Assembly: GCA_905178155.1 (NCBI GenBank)
Contig: CAJINV010000023.1
Coordinates: 22,405 to 28,539, forward strand
Direction of reading: 5' to 3'
DNA: 6,135 nt
From: Amoebophrya sp. A120
Lineage: Eukaryota; Protista; Dinoflagellata
Part shown: positions 1 through 6,135 of the stretch, piece by piece
How positions within the stretch are numbered: position 1 is the first letter of the stretch
How the letters are laid out: each line of letters begins with the position of its first letter
Notes under the pieces: model-generated
Told to the model about the DNA's origin: nothing
The model's input: only the letters and a program-made list of their open reading frames with translations
Database searches by the model: none
Made by a program: the position numbers and the translations under genes

Positions 1-510
1 CCTTTCTGGGCCACTTTTACACCGGAAACAGAGTGGGAACCCGTTCCGGCGTGCTGGTGTTTCTTTCCGCTCGACCCCCCGGGGGTCGAGCGGAAGGGGC
101 GTCAGCCTTTCTGGGCCATTTTGACACCGGAAACAGGGTGGGAACCCGTTCCGGCGTGCTGGTGTTTCTTTCCGCTCGACGCGCCGGGCGTCGGGCGGAA
201 GCAAGGACGGGCAACGCCGTTGGCCCATGGTGACGCCGGCCGGAAACAGGGCAGGAGCCGGCTCCGGCCTACTGGTATTTCTTCCCGCCCGGCGCGCCGG
301 GCGTCGGGCGGAGGGGAGGGGGCCAACCTTGTTGGCCCATTCTGGCACAGCAAGCTAGGTGGGTGCCCGCTCCGACCTGCCCGCACCGCTCGGCGCGCCA
401 GGCGTAGCGCGGGGCTTCAAGCGGAAGACGGGAGGGACGGCCCCCGCGGGTCCACTCGTCCCGGTTCGTTGATGTTTCTCTCGGCTCGACGCGTCCAGCG
501 CCCGCTCCGC
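1..510. repeat. Left GC-rich tandem array, unit ~105-112 bp, 4-5 copies, decaying rightwards and truncated by the window start
   Basis: Units start at 1, 106, 215 and 327 (CCTTTCTGGGCCA / CGCCGTTGGCCCAT / CCTTGTTGGCCCAT). Positions 1-95 vs 106-200 are 88/95 identical by manual alignment. CCGGAAACAG recurs in units 1-3. A remnant TGATGTTTCTCTCGGCTCGACGCG at ~470-493 matches TGGTGTTTCTTTCCGCTCGACGCG of unit 2. Confidence 0.93.
65..95. repeat. Perfect 15-bp inverted repeat (hairpin/cruciform) in left unit 1; homologous hairpins at 170-200 and 283-313
   Basis: TTCCGCTCGACCCCC (65-79), C spacer, GGGGGTCGAGCGGAA (81-95): the arms are exact reverse complements. Confidence 0.95.
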
Positions 511-1079
511 TTGGGTGGTTTTTGTTTCCGCTTGGTGGGGCGACGGTGGCTGCGCGATGCAAAGGTCCTCCCGCTATTGTGTTCTTGGTTCTCAACGTCT
601 TTGCGTTTTGAGTTTAAATTTCAGACCGTGATCGCGGCTACGGCCCGCCGCAGTGTGAGAAGTTGTATAAGTGCCCGGACTGACACCGACACGCGGTCCG
701 CTTCCGTGTGTATTTGCAGGAGCGCGCCTACTTTTGTGCGCATTCAGATCAGTTTGATAGGACGAGCAGACGCCCTATTCCGTTCGAGGTTTCGCGTTGC
801 TCGGGATAAGTTTGTAGCCTTGAAAATGGCGAATTCATTCTCGTTCAAACAATGGAGCTACGCAGCTGCGTTCAAATAAAGAGCGACAATAAACACAACG
901 AACTAGACGGCGTCGCGACTTTCCAGTTTGATGCGATTTACCAAATATATTTGAGGCAGTTTGCCAATGCTTGCAGGGCCATCGAGTTCTACTCTCACGC
1001 ATTCTATGAAATTATACGGAAAGTAGCAAGAAGCCTGAAAATATGCAGAGTATGTAAGAGAGTGCGCCGAGCAAAAAAA

Positions 1080-2523
1080 ATGCCACCGAAAGGCAAGGCT
1101 GTCCAATGGGCAGACCTGCCACCGCACAGGCCCTCATTGTCATTCTCGTCGCCATATGGATTGCAAATAAATATGTCTGGGTCGGCGGAAAGGTTGCGCC
1201 TTGGGATGCGAGTTCTACAATATAACCTAGAACAACTCAGCACGTTGCGCAGTCAGCCAGAAGTGCTCGGTTTTGGTATTCAGGAGGAGGCATTTGCATT
1301 TCTAATGCAGAACAGGAGAAGCCCCAACGCCAAGCCTTCGCAGACTTTCATTTTCAATTTGTCATGCTATGTCGTGCGCATTCGATACCCTCTTGCAACT
1401 GCAAGAACTACCTGACAAGTATCGGCGTTTCCCCAGACCCAGACATATTTGCAATGCATACGCCAGCACATGACGCATTCAAGACTGCTGTTGGCGGCAA
1501 GCAACAAATAAATGACACCGATTTACTCAAGACGGCACGCGCAGGGGATACTAGTTCTGCGAACGAGGATGAGAACCACACAAAATCGGCAGGACAAACC
1601 AACACCGCGGGATCGGCTTCAGCCGCGCCTGCAGCTCTACCGGGAGCGCGCGAAGCGTATGGGCGTGAAGTCCCGACTCAGAACTGCCTCAGCACTCCTC
1701 TGCCCGGCAGAGCAACTTTCTTCGCTGAGTTGATATGCCGTGTGCCGTCTCATTCTCAATCTCAAAGGGATGAAGCTGAACGAAAAGAAGAAAAGAAGCT
1801 TTCTGGCGAACGAACATGGAGGTGAACAAAAAAAACGCACTCGGCATTTCAATTCAGGCTTTTGTCATGTTTAGTGCTCTTGTTCTGAAAGGAGGTTTCA
1901 TGCCTATAAAAGCAAGAAGACATCGTCGGAAGATGAACCCCACAAAAACCTGACCTCTGCTACGGAAAATCCGCAGTATCCAGAAAAAGACCACCATCAG
2001 TAATATCACGGAATAGTGAGGCATTAGTATATCTGCATGGCCAAGTAAGTACTCAGACCTACCTACGAATGTCTGTCATGTAAAAAGACTCAGAAGCAGT
2101 TTTAGATGTAAGGCCATGATTGAAGTGTGTCTGCGTCCTTCGTCAATGCAATACCTGATGAAAATATTACACGATGTCTGATAGGCATCGCTTTTCATTT
2201 TCTTGTAATGCTTCGCAGCTTCGCTTCTTGTTCAACAAGTTGTCCGGTGCTAAAATTGAGAAAGCAAATCTGGACGATTACATTGGTGGTTGTTTTTTAA
2301 TCTTTATACACCAGTACAGAAGAACAAGAACGTCAAAAACTCGAAGGGAAAACAGCAGATCAAGCAACTCTCCCATGCGGAACTACAAAAGCGGTACGCA
2401 GCAGGACAAATGAGTACTAAGGCAGTCGCGAAGCATCTGCACGAGCAAGAGCCTGGTGCTGCATCATCTACAGCAAAAAATAACGACGAGAAGCACGCAG
2501 AGCTGAAGAAGGACATGTACTAG
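1080..2523 (+). pseudogene. Probable multi-exon protein-coding segment, interrupted by frameshifts/stops; function unknown
   Basis: ATG at 1080 after an A-run gives MPPKGKAVQW..., a typical eukaryotic N-terminus. Protein-like frames at 1080-1415, 1364-1821, 1892-2003, 2219-2285 and 2315-2523. Phase-compatible intron candidates: 1822-1891 (GTGAAC..AAG, 70 nt), 2045-2218 (GTAAGT..CGCAG) and 2286-2314 (GTGGTT..CCAG, 29 nt). At least two frame changes (~1370-1410, ~1980) are not explained by introns. Confidence 0.45.
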
Positions 2524-2598
2524 TACGCCCCGGTGTCTGATGTCGCCTGGGTCCCGATAACGAAAACGAAATCAACGCGAAATAGGAGTAAGGAACAC

Positions 2599-2778
2599 CC
2601 CTGATCCTGTGTTGTAGCGGCCGGGGGTTGCTCTTGAGGTTCCCTGTTTGTGTTGCACGCGAAGGGTTCGCGGTTTTTATAATTTGGGCCGTGGCGGTGG
2701 CCGCCTGCTTGGGGCTTTGCTCCAGCGGCGCTGCTGTGATGCTGCGGCTACATCTCAACTTAGGCCCGGCTTCCCTCG
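2599..2778 (-). CDS. Candidate 180-nt minus-strand exon (..REAGPKLRCSRSITAAPLEQSPKQAATATAQIIKTANPSRATQTGNLKSNPRPLQHRIR..), unknown function
   Basis: Open frame, phase 1 at both ends. On the minus strand it is flanked by intron candidates 2813-2779 (GTATCC..GTGTAG, 35 nt) and 2598-2547 (GTGTTC..CCCAG, 52 nt). The + strand here is G/T-rich, opposite to the A-rich + strand exons on either side. Confidence 0.4.
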
Positions 2779-2907
2779 CTACACACAATAGACGCACACA
2801 GTTTGTTGGATACAGTAAACGTGTTTTGCTTGTTCTCGTAGTTAGGTTTTCGCCTATCCGACTCAAGGTGTATGTCTGCCCTGCATACGCACACCACCAG
2901 CAACCAG

Positions 2908-3200
2908 CAATCGCCCAAGGCGGCCCCGCTGATTGTGCTCTCCAGCAGTTCCGACGAACTAGGCCTCGGGGGCCTGAATACAGCAGCGGTGAACAAGAAG
3001 CATCAGCGGGGCGAGCTGAAAACCGAACACGTGCTGAAGTGGAGCAAAGAACGATACAAGAAAGTAGAAGTGCATACCAATGAGGAGCTGGATGGGGTAT
3101 TCTGGCCTTCCAGTCATATCATGCTGCGAATGTTTGCATTTGTATACGAGCAGGAGTTTTTATTCTATTTCCCATCGGGTTCGGGTTCACGTTCATCTCT
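2908..3200 (+). CDS. Candidate exon(s) encoding a SIM-like motif and the second copy of a helical repeat module
   Basis: Frame reads QSPKAAPLIVLSSSSDELGLGGLNTAAVNKKHQRGELKTEHVLKWSKERYKKVEVHTNEELDG. It is preceded by GTGTAT (2868)..CAG (2900 or 2907). An in-frame 57-nt intron candidate 3097-3153 joins it to EFLFYFPSGSGS. Peptide similarity to 2368-2517 supports coding origin. Confidence 0.5.
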
Positions 3201-4063
3201 ACGTGTACGACAGTCAACTGAAAAAAGTAAATCCTTCGATGGAATTGCGTTGAAGTTTCAGTACACGCAAAGGTTTTGCGCATGAGTTCCAAACGTGATT
3301 GCAACTTTGATTTTTTCACAATTCAATTCTCGAGGTGCGCGAACAATTAAAAGCGAATGGACGGATCGAGAATCCGTTCGGAACGCCCGGCATCGTGACT
3401 GAAAAACACGCGCCAGGAGGTGCCCGGCTGTGCTTGCTCTCTTGCCTTGTTTTATCAGCTCCCCGCCCAAGCGGGGAGGGGGACGCTTGAACGACGTAGC
3501 GCGAGCGAGATCCGTAGCGTCCAAAATCATGCTAAGGGTGTATGACTAACGCAGAAGCAGAACGCAAATGAACCGAAGCAAGCACAGCCTCCCCGGCCAC
3601 TTGCCGCTCCTGTGCACAGTTTTCACTATGATAATTAGCAATGGCAATTGCCAGCCCCTGGGTAAGATTATTTGCTATATATGTGAATGATGATTCCCCT
3701 GAGCCAGCAGTCGCGCCATGCTCCCGATGCCTGCTGCGTTCTCGGCTTCCTAGTATTTTTCTGCCTGTCAATTCTACGGCACTGCCCCGCCCCGCTTCCT
3801 TTTCCCATGCTTAATACCAAAATCCCGCACAGCCGTACGCAAAGAAAAAAGCGCTACAGGTGCGCACTGCGTTGCAGGCCACGCAAAGTCGACAAGCTCT
3901 GTCATGCTGGATATGCTTGGAGCCCTTTTTTGTTGCGCATTTTTCGTCTTCCGATGGTCTCTGCAGTAATTTTCTTTTTCTTATTTGCTCGTGTAGCGAG
4001 GTCTACTTTGCCGAAACTGCGCAAAGTGGGTAACTGTAGCCACTTTTCTTTTCGATAAGCCAT
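3200..4063 (-). pseudogene. Possible fragmented minus-strand coding block, unknown function
   Basis: Successive minus-strand ORFs at 4063-3902, 3771-3532, 3530-3258 and 3319-3119. Minus-strand pyrimidine-rich acceptors TGTGCGCAG|ATG at 4064/4063 and CCCTTAG|C at 3532/3531. The + strand is T-rich over 3925-4055. No recognisable domain. Confidence 0.3.
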
Positions 4064-4146
4064 CTGCGCACAGTTTATCCGAAGAAAAAAGAGCGTCCCC
4101 ACCTCAGTGCGTCTGCTTTTGTTCTATGTATGTGCCTGTCACGCAG

Positions 4147-4782
4147 ATTTGATTTTGAAATCACAAGCCCCGGGCTTGGGAGATGATATGTTCGTGATTT
4201 GACGGCGACAACCAATGTGCAAGAGGCTCTTCATTCGTGCATGCAGCGCTGCTCGCTAATTATTGGCGTGCTGTAATTCTGTAGGGATTTGCCTTCGTCA
4301 TGCACCATAGGCCTGCTGCCCTTATTGCAGCATCGGTTTAAACAAGGGAATTATTGGGACAGCTTTTGCACAGGATACATCTGTGGCCGGACGCGAGCGA
4401 GGAGAAAATAGAGGCGCGTGCCGCCGACCTCCGCAAAACAGCTCACAAAATGCTTGCCAACAAGCACAACCGAAAGAACTACTACGGCGACTCCATCGCG
4501 AACGCAGCCGCCGGACGCGACGACGAGTTCCCCACCCCGGCGAAGTATCTTGCTGGGATTGGGAAGAACAAGGTGCATATGGACGAGCTACAGCTGCAGG
4601 CAATCTCGGACTTCTTTGGAATTAATATGGAGGTGACGAATCCCCAGTGCGTCTACATGATCGAGCCCTCCGAAGCTGCCAGAAGTGGCTTACACCAGAA
4701 GCCAGAAAACTTTTTCCCCAAATTCTTATCCTCGAGGAAAACTGCTTCACTGGGGCTCGGGGACTTGCACTGCAAAGCTAGA
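4147..4782 (+). pseudogene. OTU-like cysteine protease (deubiquitinase-like) domain, intron-split and probably frameshifted
   Basis: Motifs occur in OTU order and all in frame +1: DGDNQC (4201-4218; cf. OTU GDGNC/DNSC catalytic loop), ADLRKTAHKML (cf. LRxxxxxYM), KYLAGIGKNKVHMDELQLQAISDFFGINMEV (cf. YLxxMxxxxxWGxxxELxALSxxxxxxIxV) and LGLGDLHC (His codon 4768-4770; cf. L...HY). Stops at 4282 and 4339 separate the Cys loop from the rest. An extra T at ~4200 offsets it from the upstream frame (..GDDMFVI) that follows acceptor CACGCAG (4146). Confidence 0.6.
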
Positions 4783-4816
4783 GGATATTTTATATTCTTA
4801 TCGCTAGATCTATGCC

Positions 4817-4940
4817 GAGAAAAAAAAAATACGGTAGAAAAAATCAAAAAGCACCTAGAAAAAATCAAACCGGGCTCCCACTGTAGAAAAACCCTGTCGG
4901 GTGCTTTGAGAAAAATCGAGAAGAAAGCAAGAAAAATTTT
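4817..4940. repeat. A-tract-rich junction zone with a repeated AGAAAAA motif
   Basis: AGAAAAA at 4818, 4836, 4857, 4885, 4909 and 4930. Exact 14-mer TAGAAAAAATCAAA at 4835-4848 and 4856-4869. Confidence 0.8.
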
Positions 4941-6135
4941 CTCCGCGCGCTCCGCGCGCGAGGTTGTTTCTCGGCGCTCCCCGCACATGGGGCGCGCCCC
5001 CACCTCCATCTGTCGCCTGAAAAAAATTCTCCGCGTGTTGTCTGTGCGCTCCCGCCTGGTTGCGTGGCCCCCTCGCCCGAGAAATTTTTTCCGGGCGGCC
5101 CTAGCGCACGCGGTGAGGCTGGTACTCAGCGTTCCCCGCAAATGGGACGCGCCCCGGCCTCCGTCTGTCGCTTGAAAAATTCTGCCCGCGCGCGCGTTGT
5201 TTCTCAGCGTTCGCCACACATCGGGCGCGCCTCCACCTCCGTCTGTCAGTTGATAAATTTCCTCCGCGCGCTGAGCGCGTGGCTTTGCTGCCTCTGCTTT
5301 TTTCTGGTTCGCGAAGTATGTTGCTTCGGTTTTTCTGCACCCAATTCGCGGCCCCGCCTGGTTGTGTGGCCCGCCGGTCGGGAAAATTTTCTCCGCGCGC
5401 TGCGCGCGCGGCGAGATTGCTTCTTAGCGTCGCGCGCGCATTACATGGGGCGCGCACGCACCTCCGTCCGCCTCTTGAAAAATTTTCATTCTCCGCGCGT
5501 TGCGCGCGCGGCAAAGTTGCTTCGCAGCGATGCCCGTACATAGGGCGCGCCCCCACATCCGTCCGCTGCTTGAGAAATTTTCCCCGCGCGCTGCGCGCGC
5601 GGCGCGGTTGCTTCTCAGCGTCCCCCCCACATGGGGCGCGCACCCAGCTCCGCCCGCCGCTTCAGTTCTCCGCGCGCCGCCCGCGCTTCTCAGCGCCCCC
5701 CGCTCATAGGGCGCGCACCCACCTCCGTCTGCCGCTTGAAAAATTTTCTCCGCGCGCTGCGCGCGCGGCGAGGTTGGTTCTCAGCGTTCCCCGCATATGG
5801 CGCGCGCACGCAGCTCCGTCTGCCGCTTGAGAGATTTTTTTTCTCCGCGCGTTGCGCGCGCGGCAAGGTTGCTTCTCAGCGTTGCCCACATATGGGGCGC
5901 GCACCCACCTCCGTCGGCCGCTTGAAAAATTTTCTCCGCGCGCTGCGCGCGCGGCAAGTTTCATCTAGAGCGCGCACCCACCTCCGTTCGCCTGTTGAAA
6001 AATTTTCTCCGCGCGCTGCGCGCGCGGCGAGTTTTCTTCTCGGCGTTCCCCGCACATGGGACGCGCACCCACCTCCGTTCGCCGCTTGATTTGAAAAATT
6101 TTCTCCGCGCGCTGCGCGCGCGGCGCGTTTTCCTC
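4931..6135. repeat. Right CpG-rich tandem array (satellite), unit typically 91-96 bp, ~14 copies, truncated by the window end
   Basis: Approximate consensus GAAAAATTTTCTCCGCGCGCTGCGCGCGCGGCRAGGTTGSTTCTCAGCGTTCCCCGCAYATGGGGCGCGCACCCACCTCCGTCTGCCGCTT. Unit starts ~4931, 5019, 5079, 5174, 5252, 5381, 5477, 5572, 5663, 5738, 5829, 5924, 5997 and 6093. Some units are internally deleted (60-78 bp). Confidence 0.97.

Noticed and set aside
65-95. Rho-independent terminator
   Set aside because: No U-tract follows the stem on the + strand, there is no credible upstream gene, and the context is a eukaryotic-looking tandem repeat.
1-330. Hammerhead ribozyme in the left repeat (GAAAC plus stems)
   Set aside because: No CTGANGA core is present in the units; the closest is CTGGTGT.
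17-879. ORFs 17-214, 33-233, 102-386, 121-879 and 269-595
   Set aside because: They overlap the GC-rich tandem repeat in several frames on both strands and give R/G/P/A-rich repetitive peptides; these are stop-poor artefacts.
852-1079. N-terminal extension of ORF 852-1415
   Set aside because: No recognisable motif. The ATG at 1080 (A-rich context, MPPK) is a more plausible start, although upstream coding cannot be excluded.
3545-3667. Plus-strand exon defined by ACTAAC-GCAG (3545-3554) and GTAAGA donor (3662)
   Set aside because: The most protein-like frame has an internal TAG, and the same interval is open on the minus strand. It cannot be resolved without transcripts, and it is a caveat for the minus-block call.
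4765-4807. Helitron 3' end (TTGCACTGCAA dyad followed by CTAG at 4778 and 4804)
   Set aside because: The stem is only 5 bp and not GC-rich, CTAG is followed by A rather than T, and no Rep/helicase is visible.
4653-6089. Long overlapping ORFs across the right array, including the C-terminal half of 4354-5175
   Set aside because: Translations simply mirror the satellite unit, and unit indels do not preserve frame.
4931-6135. CRISPR array
   Set aside because: Whole units are homologous with no unique spacers, repeats are degenerate, and no cas-like ORF is visible.
1-6135. Left and right arrays as terminal inverted repeats, or the window as an rDNA spacer
   Set aside because: Similarity between the arrays is in direct, not inverted, orientation. 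No rRNA or tRNA sequence was recognised and the core has protein-like exons.

Overview
This looks like eukaryotic nuclear DNA rather than a prokaryotic operon. A ~4.3-kb lower-GC unique core (~600-4930) lies between two GC/CpG-rich tandem arrays that both run off the window edges: a left array of ~105-112 bp units (1-~510) and a right array of ~91-96 bp units (4931-6135, about 14 units). Well-preserved units of both arrays carry a GC-rich hairpin. The core has no intact long gene. It consists of short protein-like exons bounded by very short GT-AG intron candidates (29-70 nt) and broken by stops and frameshifts, and the exon blocks appear to alternate in strand (+,-,+,-,+). The best protein signal is an OTU-like cysteine protease (deubiquitinase) domain at ~4147-4780. 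A duplicated ~45-aa helical module with SAP/HeH-like spacing and a SIM-like motif lie upstream. Most long ORFs in the supplied track over 1-600 and 4930-6135 are artefacts of stop-poor GC-rich repeats. All calls are by eye; no searches were run.
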